Shown here piece by piece: positions 19,302 through 28,432 of a stretch of 64,000 nucleotides of DNA. How positions within the stretch are numbered: the stretch's first letter is position 1; each line of letters begins with the position of its first letter. The notes under the pieces are model-generated. The model saw only the letters and a list, made by a program, of their open reading frames with translations. It made no database searches and was not told the DNA's origin. The translations under genes were made by a program, and so were the position numbers. Location: the NCBI GenBank assembly GCA_965223505.1, contig CBDCWP010000043.1, positions 1-64,000 on the forward strand. Direction: 5' to 3'. The stretch comes from Planctomycetota bacterium (GTDB lineage Bacteria > Planctomycetota > PLA2 > JAEUHO01).

Positions 19302-21707
19302 ATGGACGCGAACCTGGGACGCCAGAGCATTGTCGCGTGGGCCGCCGGAGCGCCGGAGGCCGACAAGGGCGCCGCGTTCACCCCCGCCGAACAGAAGTTC
19401 CGGCTGGAGATGCTGATCGGCCGGGGTGGCATGGGGGAGGTCCACATCGTCACGGACGAGGACCTCAAGCGGCAGGTGGCCATGAAGGTCATGCGCGAAG
19501 ACGTCGAGGCGAGCCGCCAGCAGCGCCTGGCCTTCGTGGCGGAGGCGCAGGCCACCAGCCAGCTCGAGCACCCCGGCATTCCGCCCATCCACGACATCGG
19601 CCTCACGAAGGAGGGCCGGCTCTACTTCACGATGAAGCTCGTCCAGGGCCGCACGCTGGCCGAGGTCATCCACGACCTGGCGCTCAAGCGCCGCGAGGTG
19701 CAGAGGGAATACAACCTGCACAAGCTCGTCGGCATCCTCGAGCAGATCTGCGAGACGATGCAGTTCGCGCACGAGCGCGGCGTCATCCACCGCGACCTCA
19801 AGCCCGAGAACATCATGCTCGGCGATTATGGCGAGGTGCACGTCATGGACTGGGGCCTCGCGCGCGTAGAGCACGAGACCGACCCCGACATCGAGGACGC
19901 CGAGTACGTCGAGACGGCCAAGGTGAGCCGCGGCACCGAGACCCAGCACGGAGACGTCAAGGGCACGCCGGCCTACATGAGCCCCGAGCAGATGCGCGGG
20001 CAGACCGAGCTGCTCGATGCGCGAAGCGACGTGTATGCGCTGGGCTGCGTGCTCTACGAGATGCTCACGCTGCATCCGGCCTTCGACGGGACCCTCTCGG
20101 AGCTGATCTCCAAGAAGGCCTCGGGTGAGGTCGTCGATGTCGGGGAGCGCAACCCGCGCCGCAAGCCGCCCGAGCCGTTGGCCGAGGTCTGCCGAAGGGC
20201 CATGGCGACGGCGCCGGAAGATCGCTACGCGACGACACGAGACATGGGCGACGCGCTGCGCGTCTGGCTCGACGGGCGCGGTGAGCGCGCGCGACGGCAC
20301 CAGGAAGCCGATGAATTGGCCGCGAAGGGCCGCGAGGCGTTCGCGCGCTTCGATGCGTTGAACGAGGAAGTGCGGGCAGCCGAGACGGCAGCGGACCAGC
20401 AAGCCGCCAAGGTGAGGCCCTGGCAGTCCGTGACCGAGAAGGATGCTCTGCTCGATGCGCGCGCGCGCGTCAAGACACTCCAGACCGACGCGGCACTGGC
20501 CTTCGCCGAGACGACGCAGCTGCTCAACGCCGCGCTGACCCAGGAGGCGGACAACAAGGCGGCTCGCGCTGCCCTCGCGCAGCTGTGGAGGTCGCGTCTC
20601 GAAGACGCCGAGCGGCGCTCGGACGCAGCCGACGCCGCACATGCCTTGGCGAACCTCGAGCGCTACGACGACGGGGCGCTCGCCGCGTTCGTCCAGGGGG
20701 ACGGCGCGCTTTCGATTGTGAGCGATCCGCCCGGCGCCGAGGTCGTGCTGACGCGCTTGGAGGACCGGCGTGGAATCCTCGTACCGGCCGAGGAACGATC
20801 GCTGGGGACCACGCCGCTTCAGGCGGTGCCGCTCGCGATGGGGTCCTACCTCTGCGTCCTGAGGCGGGAGGGCTTCGCGGACACCCGCTACCCCATCCAC
20901 ATCGCGCGCGGGCACCACTGGGACGGCCGGGTACGCCTGCGCATGCAGGACCAGATCGGTGACGGGTTCGTCTACGTGCCGGGCGGTCCGATGATCTACG
21001 GCGAAGGGAAGGCGACGAAGACGATCGAGGTCGAGGACTTCGCCATCCAGCGCCTGCCCGTCACGTTCGGCGACTACCTCGAGTTCGTGGCCGCCGTCGA
21101 GGCCGAGGAGGGCCTGGAGGCGGCGACGGCGCGCGCACCGCAGACGCCGGGCGACGGGCTCTACGTGGAGCGGGGCGAGGACGGCGTCTGGCGGCCGTTG
21201 TCCGTCATCGTGGAGGGCGACATCCGCGCCTGGTGTCTCGAGACCTACGGCGAGGGCTTCGAGACGGACATCCCGGTGATGGGCGTCTCGTTCGAGGACG
21301 CCGAGGCCTTCTGCGCGTGGAAGACGAAGACCACCGGTCGCGAGTGGCGCCTGCCGACGGAGGAAGAGCGAGAGAAGGCAGCGCGCGGCGTCGACGGGCG
21401 GCGCTTTCCCTGGGGCGACCTGAAGGACGCGAGCCTCGCCAAGTGCCGGGAGTCGCGGGAGCTCAGCACGCAACCCGAGCCGGTCGCCGCCTTCGAGACC
21501 GCGGTCTCGGTCTACGACATGGCCGACGCGGCCGGCGGCATGTGGGATTGGACCACGTCCTGGTTCGACGACAGGAAGGCCCTGCGCGTGCTGCGCGGCG
21601 GGTCCTGGGTCAATCCTCCAGCGGGCCTGCGCTGCGCGGACCGCCGCGGCGACCTACCGTCGAACCGCGGCTCCACCTACGGGTTTCGTTGCGCGAGGGG
21701 CCTCTGA
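19302..21707 (+). CDS. DGR target 1: Ser/Thr kinase - helical linker - PEGA - FGE-sulfatase (C-lectin fold)
   Basis: IGRGGMGEV, HRDLKPEN, DWG, GTPAYMSPE; SDPPGAEV; WRLPTEEEREKAARG, FPWG, RVLRGGSW, GFRC; VR1 at the 3' end. Confidence 0.95.
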   Translation: MDANLGRQSIVAWAAGAPEADKGAAFTPAEQKFRLEMLIGRGGMGEVHIVTDEDLKRQVAMKVMREDVEASRQQRLAFVAEAQATSQLEHPGIPPIHDIGLTKEGRLYFTMKLVQGRTLAEVIHDLALKRREVQREYNLHKLVGILEQICETMQFAHERGVIHRDLKPENIMLGDYGEVHVMDWGLARVEHETDPDIEDAEYVETAKVSRGTETQHGDVKGTPAYMSPEQMRGQTELLDARSDVYALGCVLYEMLTLHPAFDGTLSELISKKASGEVVDVGERNPRRKPPEPLAEVCRRAMATAPEDRYATTRDMGDALRVWLDGRGERARRHQEADELAAKGREAFARFDALNEEVRAAETAADQQAAKVRPWQSVTEKDALLDARARVKTLQTDAALAFAETTQLLNAALTQEADNKAARAALAQLWRSRLEDAERRSDAADAAHALANLERYDDGALAAFVQGDGALSIVSDPPGAEVVLTRLEDRRGILVPAEERSLGTTPLQAVPLAMGSYLCVLRREGFADTRYPIHIARGHHWDGRVRLRMQDQIGDGFVYVPGGPMIYGEGKATKTIEVEDFAIQRLPVTFGDYLEFVAAVEAEEGLEAATARAPQTPGDGLYVERGEDGVWRPLSVIVEGDIRAWCLETYGEGFETDIPVMGVSFEDAEAFCAWKTKTTGREWRLPTEEEREKAARGVDGRRFPWGDLKDASLAKCRESRELSTQPEPVAAFETAVSVYDMADAAGGMWDWTTSWFDDRKALRVLRGGSWVNPPAGLRCADRRGDLPSNRGSTYGFRCARGL
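21578..21697 (+). repeat. DGR variable repeat VR1
   Basis: 120-bp ungapped match to TR with 15 differences, all at TR adenines. Confidence 0.97.
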
Positions 21708-21788
21708 CTCTGGCCCTCTCGCTCTGTCGGGGGGCCCGCCTACGCTCACCTCGCCTTCGGGTCGGGGAGGGCGCCCATGAAACGGCTC

Positions 21789-21908
21789 GGCCCTGCGCGT
21801 GCTGCGCGGCGGGTCCTGGAACAATCCACCAGCGAACCTGCGCTGCGCGAACCGCAACGGCAACCAACCGTCGAACCGCAACACCAACAACGGGTTTCGT
21901 TGCGCGAG
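21789..21908 (+). ncRNA. DGR template repeat (TR)
   Basis: Intergenic copy of both VRs containing ten AAY codons in the target reading frame. Confidence 0.97.
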
Positions 21909-22059
21909 TGACCTCGAGAGACAAGGCCTGAAACGGGCCGTCCACGGACGGCCCGTCCGCGCCACGAAAGAGGCCCCAAGCGCCCGACTCCGGGTCGTCC
22001 GACAAGATCTCGGAGGACCGAAGAGAACAGCGCCGGGGTGGGGCTCGTAGCGCCTGGGT

Positions 22060-22452
22060 TCAGACCCGGCGCGAGCGTCCCGCCCCGGCACCCTCCGCGC
22101 GCGTGCGCCTCTCCTCGGATCGACGCCACCCTCCGATCAGGCGACCGATCTCGGCGACTCGCTCGCAGGCGAACGCGTGCTGGCGATTCGAGAGGTAGCC
22201 GAGGTCTGTCGCGAGCCGCAGCATGAAGCGCGTGGCGTCGAGGTTCCCGTCGGCGTCGTCCAGGGCTTCGAGCCGCCGCGCGCCGCGCCGGCGATTCGCC
22301 AACGTGAGCGCGGTCTGCAGCTCCAGCACGGCCGACTCCAATCGGTTCGTCAGCGTGTGCCGTCGGGCCCGCGGGAACCTCTCGGTGTGCGGTAGAAGCC
22401 AGCGGATGAAGTCGTAGGTGCGGACGAAGACCGGGGTCTCTTCTGCGCGCAT
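22060..22452 (-). CDS. avd: DGR accessory variability determinant (four-helix bundle)
   Basis: YDFIRWL...FPR..RHTL..RLE, LR.A.DLGYLS, EIGRLIGGW; basic 130-aa protein; RBS GGAGGAGG; adjacent to RT. Confidence 0.9.
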   Translation of the reverse strand: MRAEETPVFVRTYDFIRWLLPHTERFPRARRHTLTNRLESAVLELQTALTLANRRRGARRLEALDDADGNLDATRFMLRLATDLGYLSNRQHAFACERVAEIGRLIGGWRRSEERRTRAEGAGAGRSRRV

Positions 22453-23513
22453 CGGTGGCGTACCTCCTCCAGGACGTGGCGGCGTAGGCCGCGTGCGTGG
22501 GCATGGGCGGTGTGGGCGAGCCAGGAGCAGAGCGAGTCGCGCGCCTTCTCGGCAGGCAGCGCTCCACGGAGGAACGCGCGGGTGTTCGCACGCAGGCGCT
22601 TGCGGTAGCGCTTGACCGACGCGCCCTGCACCCGGCGTCGGCCGTCGGCGAAGAGCGCGAAGCCCAGGAACGGCACGCCGGCCGTACACGGACGTACGCT
22701 CGTCTTCTTCGCGTGCAGGCTCAGCCGGAGACTGGCGAGGCGCAGCTCGATCGCCGCGAGCCACGCCCACAGCGTGCGCTTGTCGTCGGCGAACAGGCGG
22801 AAGTCGTCGGCGTAGCGCACGTACGCCTTGACGCGCAACTCCTCCTTCACGAAGTGATCGAGCGGATCCAAGACGACGTTGGCGAAGAACTGGCTCGTCA
22901 GGTTGCCGATCGGGATGCCGCGTGGCCGAAGGAGCGCGAGCAGGTCGTCGCCGGGGAATAGCACCTGCGGTGCCTCGCCCTTGAGCACGTGTGCACCACC
23001 GGCCAGGACGTGTCCCACGAGGGCCAGCGTTCGTCCGCATCTCACCTTCCGTTCGACCGCGGCTGTCAGCACCTCGTGATCGACCGAGGCGAAGAAGCGC
23101 AAGACGTCGGCGCCGAGCGCGTAGCGGAATCGCTTGGTGAACCCGTGCGCCCGGTCGATCGCCGCGTGCCCTCCCTTGCCCTTCCTGCACGCGTAGGAGT
23201 CGTGGACGAAGCGTGGCTCGAAGACGGGCTCCAGCACCCCGACCAGCGCGTGGTGGACGACGCGGTCGCGGAAGGGCGCGGCGGAGACGAGCCGCCGCTT
23301 GGGCTCGTGGACGAGGAACGAGCGGTAGGGACCGGGCCGATAGCTGCCGTCTTGCAGCTCGCGCCGCAGCGCCTCCAGCTCGGCCTCGAGGTGGTAGTCG
23401 AAGGCCGTCGTCGCCGGGCGCGAGCGACCGGCCCCGTGCGCGCGCCGGTACGAGGCGAGCAAGTGGGCCCGGGACGTCAGCCGATGCCAGAGGTTTCCGC
23501 ACCGTCTCGGCAT
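22350..23513 (-). CDS. DGR reverse transcriptase
   Basis: EPKRR.VSAAPFRDRVVHHAL, SYACRKGKG, GIPIGNLTSQFFAN, YVRYADDF, FLGF; no maturase or endonuclease domain. Confidence 0.96.
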   Translation of the reverse strand: MPRRCGNLWHRLTSRAHLLASYRRAHGAGRSRPATTAFDYHLEAELEALRRELQDGSYRPGPYRSFLVHEPKRRLVSAAPFRDRVVHHALVGVLEPVFEPRFVHDSYACRKGKGGHAAIDRAHGFTKRFRYALGADVLRFFASVDHEVLTAAVERKVRCGRTLALVGHVLAGGAHVLKGEAPQVLFPGDDLLALLRPRGIPIGNLTSQFFANVVLDPLDHFVKEELRVKAYVRYADDFRLFADDKRTLWAWLAAIELRLASLRLSLHAKKTSVRPCTAGVPFLGFALFADGRRRVQGASVKRYRKRLRANTRAFLRGALPAEKARDSLCSWLAHTAHAHARGLRRHVLEEVRHRCAQKRPRSSSAPTTSSAGFYRTPRGSRGPDGTR

Positions 23514-23593
23514 GGCGGAGATCTGACTACGAGAGACGGACGGCGAGGTCAGCCCGGTAGGATCGCGCCCCGGGAGTCGATCGGGAGGGTCGC

Positions 23594-26002
23594 ATGGCCG
23601 ATGCAGCACGGTTCGGGCGCAAGAGCGTCCTGCTCCAGAGCCCTTCGGGATCTGCGCAAGGCGCGGCCTTCGAGCCAGCCCATGAGAAGTACGCGATCGA
23701 GACCCTGATCGGCGAGGGCGGCATGGGTGAGGTCCTTCTGGTCGAGGACCGGGACCTGCAGCGGCAGGTCGCCATGAAGGTGTTGCGCAAGGAGGTCGAG
23801 CAGAAGGACGCGCTGCGCCTGCACTTCCTGGCCGAGGCCCAGGCCACCAGCCAGCTCGAGCACCCCGGCGTGCCGCCCGTGCACGATCTGGGCATCACGC
23901 CCGCGGGGCAGCTCTACTTCACGATGAAGCTCGTGCGCGGCCGCACGCTTGCCGAGGTGCTGCACGACCTCGTGCTCAGGCGCCGGGACGTGCAGCGGGA
24001 GTACTCGCTCCATCGCCTCGTCACAATCGTCACGCGGATCGCCGAGACGCTGCACTACGCGCACGAGCGCGGGGTGCTGCACCGCGACGTGAAGCCCGAC
24101 AACATCATGCTGGGCGACTACGGCGAGGTGCACTTGATGGACTGGGGCCTGGCGCGCATCGCCGAAGAGGACCTCGAGGGTCAGCCACTGGACGCCGAGC
24201 GTGTGGCGACGGCTCGTAGCGGCGACGCGCTCAAGACACAACACGGCGACGTCAAGGGCACGCTGCCCTACATGAGCCCCGAGCAGCTCAGAGGTCAGTC
24301 CGATGCCCTCGATGGCCGCACGGACATCTACTCGCTCGGATGCGTGCTCTACGAGATGCTCACGCTCCAGCCCGCGTTCGATCCGCGAGCCGGGGATCTG
24401 CTTCAGCGCGTGTCGGCGGCCGACGTACCGGACGTCGCGAAGCGAAGTCCCAAGCGCAAGGTCCCGCCTGCGCTGGCCGACGCGACGCGCCGGGCGATGG
24501 CTCGCGAGGCCGCGGACCGTTTCGACACGGCTGAGGACTTCGCCGATGCGCTGCAGGCCTGGCTGGATGGCTCGAGCGAGCGCACCCGACGTCACGAGGA
24601 AGCCGAGGCGCTGGCCGCGAAGGGCCGCGAGTCCGTAGCACGCTTCGAGACCCTGCGCGCGGAGATCGACGCGGCCGAGAAGGCAGCTGAGACCGAGGCG
24701 GCGAAGTTCGAGCCCTGGCAGCCGCTCGACGAGCATACGAGCGTGTTCGAGGCGCGCCAGAAGGTCGAGGAGCTCGAGACCGCGCGCGCCCTGGCGTTCG
24801 CCGATGCCACGCACACGCTCAATGCAGCGCTCGTCCAGGAGGAAGACAACGCCTCGGCGCGCACGGCGCTCTGCGACCTGTGGAAGACGCGGCTCGATGG
24901 TGCCGAGCGGCGCGCGGACAAGGCCGACGTGGCGCATGCGCTCGCGATGATCGAGCGCTACGACGACGGTCAGCTCGCGGCGTACGTGAAGGGCGACGCC
25001 GCGCTGACGCTACAGACCGACCCGCCGGGCGCCGAGGTCGTGATCCAGCGCTTCGAGGACGAGCGCGGGATCCTCGTCCTCGGCGAGGAGCACTCGCTCG
25101 GGACCACGCCGCTCGACGGCGCCCCGCTCGAGATGGGCTCCTATCTCTGCGTTGTCAGGAAAGAGGGCTTCGCCGATACGCGCTACCCCGTCCACATCGC
25201 GCGCGGCCACCAGTGGGAAGGCCTGGTCCGCCTGCGCACGCCGGAGGAGATCGGAGACGAGTTCGTCTACGTGCCCGGCGGACCGTTCGTCTGCGGCGAG
25301 GGCAAGGAGACGAAGACGGCCGAGGTGGGGGACTTCGCGATCCAACGTCTTCCGGTCACGTATGGGGACTACGCAGAGTTCCTGGCTGCCGTCGATACCG
25401 AAGAAGGCGTCGAGGCAGCGGCCGAGCACCTGCCGCGCACACCGGGCGACGGGCCCCACATGTTGCGCTCGGATGACGGCACCTACGTGGTCGATCCGAA
25501 GATCGTGGAGGGCGAGGCGCTGGCGGCGAACATCGAGCGTCACGGCGAGCGGTACGAGTCACGGCTCCCGGTGCTCGGCGTCTCATGGGACGACGCGGTC
25601 GCCTACTGCGCGTGGAAGACGAAGACGACCGGCATGGCCTGGCGCCTGCCGACCGAGGAGGAGCGCGAGAAGGCCGCGCGTGGTGTGGACGGGCGGCGTT
25701 TCCCGTGGGGCGATGTTGAGCACGCGAGCCTCGCGAAGTGCCGCGAGTCGCGACCGGAAAGCACGCAGCCGGAACCGGTCGGCGCCTTCGCGACGGCGGT
25801 TTCGGTCTACGGCATGGCCGACGCGGCCGGGGGCGCGTGGGACTGGACCGACTCGTGGCTCGACGACAGGAAGGCCCTGCGCGTGCTGCGCGGCGGGTCC
25901 TGGAACGGTCCGCCAGCGAACCTGCGCTGCGCGTTCCGCATCGGCAACCTACCGTCGGTCCGCAACGCCTTCTACGGGTTTCGTTGCGCGAGGGGCCTCT
26001 GA
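23594..26002 (+). CDS. DGR target 2: paralogous Ser/Thr kinase - PEGA - FGE-sulfatase protein
   Basis: Collinear paralog of target 1 (802 vs 801 aa); HRDVKPDN, DWG, TDPPGAEV, RVLRGGSW, GFRCARGL. Confidence 0.95.
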   Translation: MADAARFGRKSVLLQSPSGSAQGAAFEPAHEKYAIETLIGEGGMGEVLLVEDRDLQRQVAMKVLRKEVEQKDALRLHFLAEAQATSQLEHPGVPPVHDLGITPAGQLYFTMKLVRGRTLAEVLHDLVLRRRDVQREYSLHRLVTIVTRIAETLHYAHERGVLHRDVKPDNIMLGDYGEVHLMDWGLARIAEEDLEGQPLDAERVATARSGDALKTQHGDVKGTLPYMSPEQLRGQSDALDGRTDIYSLGCVLYEMLTLQPAFDPRAGDLLQRVSAADVPDVAKRSPKRKVPPALADATRRAMAREAADRFDTAEDFADALQAWLDGSSERTRRHEEAEALAAKGRESVARFETLRAEIDAAEKAAETEAAKFEPWQPLDEHTSVFEARQKVEELETARALAFADATHTLNAALVQEEDNASARTALCDLWKTRLDGAERRADKADVAHALAMIERYDDGQLAAYVKGDAALTLQTDPPGAEVVIQRFEDERGILVLGEEHSLGTTPLDGAPLEMGSYLCVVRKEGFADTRYPVHIARGHQWEGLVRLRTPEEIGDEFVYVPGGPFVCGEGKETKTAEVGDFAIQRLPVTYGDYAEFLAAVDTEEGVEAAAEHLPRTPGDGPHMLRSDDGTYVVDPKIVEGEALAANIERHGERYESRLPVLGVSWDDAVAYCAWKTKTTGMAWRLPTEEEREKAARGVDGRRFPWGDVEHASLAKCRESRPESTQPEPVGAFATAVSVYGMADAAGGAWDWTDSWLDDRKALRVLRGGSWNGPPANLRCAFRIGNLPSVRNAFYGFRCARGL
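25873..25992 (+). repeat. DGR variable repeat VR2
   Basis: 120-bp ungapped match to TR with 13 differences, all at TR adenines. Confidence 0.97.
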
Positions 26003-26058
26003 CTCTGGTCCTCTACGAGCGGGAGCCGGCGTGCGCTTCTTGGGATGCGCGCTCGCCC

Positions 26059-26104
26059 TGGGCAACCTTGGATAGGAGGGTTCGATTCCCTTGCTCTCCC
26101 GCCA
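26059..26104 (+). repeat. att-like copy of the tRNA-Sec 3' end
   Basis: 44/46 identical to 10992-11037; last 34 bp perfect. Confidence 0.92.
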
Positions 26105-26233
26105 GTTCTTTTCTGCCGAATTCCGGCAGCCACTTCATCAATCGCGAGCGGGGGTTGGAGGCAAGTGCCCAATTGAAAGCAGCAGGCGCCGTGCTTGGCG
26201 CCTGCCGCAAGTCGCTCGGCTGCAGCAGCTCAG

Positions 26234-27610
26234 CTAGCCGCCGCACCAGCGCGCTGCGAACCAGTCGTAGACCCCGCCGTCGTCACGGAAGCCGGAGAGG
26301 AGGATGTCTCCGTTCCCGTCGATAGAGACGCTCCAGAGCGAGATGTGGTCCGCGCCCGATGCTCCGAGCGCCTCTCCCTCTCCGCCAAGCCCAAAGCCAG
26401 CGTCGAGGGAGCCATCTGCGTTCAGTCGCACGGGGCGCAGATCGTTGTCGGTGGTCGTGAGGCCGACGTCGGCGGCAACGACGACCTTGCCGTCGGCCTG
26501 ATGGGTCACCGCCGAGCCCTCGGACGGGCTTTCGACGCCGAGCGCCGCGATGCCGCTCGTGCCGAACGCCGTGTCGAGACTGCCGCCCGCCAAATGTCGC
26601 CCGGCGATTGCCTCTGCGTCCCCGTTGGAGTCGAGTCTCCAGCCGCAAGCGACGATGCGATCGCTGCTGTCGATCGAGATGCCGCGAAGATACAGGCCCG
26701 CTTCCACGACCTGACCGAAGGTCGTGTCCACGCTGCCGTCGGTGTCGTAACGGGTGAGGGCCCACTGATCCCCGTTGATCCGTCCACCCACGACGATCTT
26801 GCCCGAGCTCTGGATACCGATCGCGCCCAGGAACGGCCGGTCGTCTCCAGTGCTCGCGTCATTCACGGCGATGCCGTCCTCGTCGAAGGTCGTATCCAGG
26901 TCCCCGGTCGCGTCGTAGCGAAGAACACAGATGGCCGTGCTCGTGCTGCTCGAGCCGCCGCCACCTTTCTTGCCCTTGCCTCCACCGCCGCCCGAAGACG
27001 CGGCCACGCCGTCGGCGCGCCCGGCAACCACGATCTGGCCGTTGGACTGGACGGCAGCCGACTCGCCCTGCGCGCTGCCATCTTGGGCCTCCGAAACCTC
27101 GGTGTGGACGATCCCGCCGTCGCCGAAACTCGTGTCAAGGGCGCCAGCACTCGTCAGCCGCACGACGGTCAGACGATTGACGTAGCTCGTGCTCTGCTTC
27201 TTACCTCGGCCAGTCGTGATAGCAACACGAACCCGGCCGGTGGCGAGGATGCGGTCGCTGGCGTCGACGATCATGTCGCGGAGGTTGTCCGAGCCGTTGT
27301 CCCCGAACAGCAGTGTCTCGCCGCTCGATCCGAACGAGGCGTCGAGCGATCCATCGCTGTTGAGGCGAGTGAAGCGCCACTCACCGCTGTCACTGCCGGC
27401 CATGACGACCTTGCCGCTGCTCTGCACAGCGATTGGCAGGGGGGTGGCGCCCGAGGAGGCGAGGTACTCGACACCCCCTGTTCCGAAGCCGGTGTCCGGG
27501 TTGCCTGCCACGCCACTCGCCGCCGCCACGGGAAGGCCTCCCAAGGCTGCGCACATGAGGACGAGTGCCCCCAGTCGGCCCAGGGCTCGTGAGTTCCGAT
27601 CGCGTTCCAT
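26234..27610 (-). CDS. Exported delta-60 repeat (beta-propeller) protein
   Basis: Repeated Q..GK.VVAG / RL..DGSLD.SFG..G motifs; signal peptide; GGAGG RBS. Confidence 0.85.
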   Translation of the reverse strand: MERDRNSRALGRLGALVLMCAALGGLPVAAASGVAGNPDTGFGTGGVEYLASSGATPLPIAVQSSGKVVMAGSDSGEWRFTRLNSDGSLDASFGSSGETLLFGDNGSDNLRDMIVDASDRILATGRVRVAITTGRGKKQSTSYVNRLTVVRLTSAGALDTSFGDGGIVHTEVSEAQDGSAQGESAAVQSNGQIVVAGRADGVAASSGGGGGKGKKGGGGSSSTSTAICVLRYDATGDLDTTFDEDGIAVNDASTGDDRPFLGAIGIQSSGKIVVGGRINGDQWALTRYDTDGSVDTTFGQVVEAGLYLRGISIDSSDRIVACGWRLDSNGDAEAIAGRHLAGGSLDTAFGTSGIAALGVESPSEGSAVTHQADGKVVVAADVGLTTTDNDLRPVRLNADGSLDAGFGLGGEGEALGASGADHISLWSVSIDGNGDILLSGFRDDGGVYDWFAARWCGG

Positions 27611-27811
27611 CGCATCCTCCATGTGTGGCGGTGCTTCAGGCACCGGCTCAGTGAGGTCAATCCCGTCCGGGTCGGAGGGTGCCGCGATTTCTGGGAAGGC
27701 CCGGCCGCCTTGCGAGGGCCAGCGCCTGCGCCCCATACTGCGCGCGCGGAATTGGTGGCACCCGTGTCCCAGTATCGGATTTGGCCCCCTGGAGACCCCT
27801 AGCGAACCCTC

Positions 27812-28432
27812 ATGCCCAATCCCCGCGAATCCACCGAAGAGCTGCTGGTCCAGCGGGCGAAGTCTGGGGATGAGCTTGCCCTGACGTCGCTCTTCGATCG
27901 ACACGCGCCGCGGCTCAAGCGCCGGATCCGCTCGAAGCTGTCGCCGGCCGTTCGGCGCAAGGTCTCCGACTCCGACGTGCTGCAGGAGACCTGGATGGCC
28001 GTGACCCGCCATCTCGATGACTTCGAGTACCGAGGGCAAGGCTCCTTTGTGGCGTGGGCGGGCACGATCGCCGAGAACGCCGCTCGCAAGCAGATGCGAC
28101 GGCACGCAGGCACGGCCAAGCGAGCTGCTGGGACCGAGGTAACTCGTGGCCTTCGTAAGGAGACCGTGCACCAGGCCGGACTCGCGCCGTCGCCGAGCGC
28201 GGCTGCGATGGGTCGCGAGATGCGTGAGCGCATCAGGGAGGGCATGCGGGCCCTGCCCGAGAGCTACCGCACCGTCATCGAGCTGTTGCAGCATCGGCGC
28301 GTCACGATCGTCGAGGCAGCGGAGCTGATGGGACGTTCGCCCAACGCCGTCAAGAAGCTGCACGCGCGCGCGCTCGCCGAGCTTGCCAAGCACGTGGGGC
28401 TGCGAAAGGGAGCTGACGATGGATCCCGCTGA
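27812..28432 (+). CDS. ECF RNA polymerase sigma factor
   Basis: A..GD..AL..LF, SDVLQET, LPESYR.VI.L, EAAELMGRS..AVK.L..RAL..L. Confidence 0.9.
   Translation: MPNPRESTEELLVQRAKSGDELALTSLFDRHAPRLKRRIRSKLSPAVRRKVSDSDVLQETWMAVTRHLDDFEYRGQGSFVAWAGTIAENAARKQMRRHAGTAKRAAGTEVTRGLRKETVHQAGLAPSPSAAAMGREMRERIREGMRALPESYRTVIELLQHRRVTIVEAAELMGRSPNAVKKLHARALAELAKHVGLRKGADDGSR

Larger units (their letters stand above)
11038..26104. mobile_element. Integrative element 1 at selC carrying the DGR
   Basis: Integrase abuts the tRNA; a 46-bp repeat of the tRNA 3' end lies at 26059-26104; cargo includes Xis-, ParB- and DUF932-like genes. Confidence 0.8.

Noticed and set aside
21799..22050. 83-aa Asn-rich ORF as a third FGE gene
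   Set aside because: It is the TR read in the target frame; a stop lies just upstream and no RBS is evident.
22350..23513. Group II intron or retron RT
   Set aside because: DGR-type GNLTSQ motif, no maturase or endonuclease domain, adjacent Avd, and a TR/VR pair.
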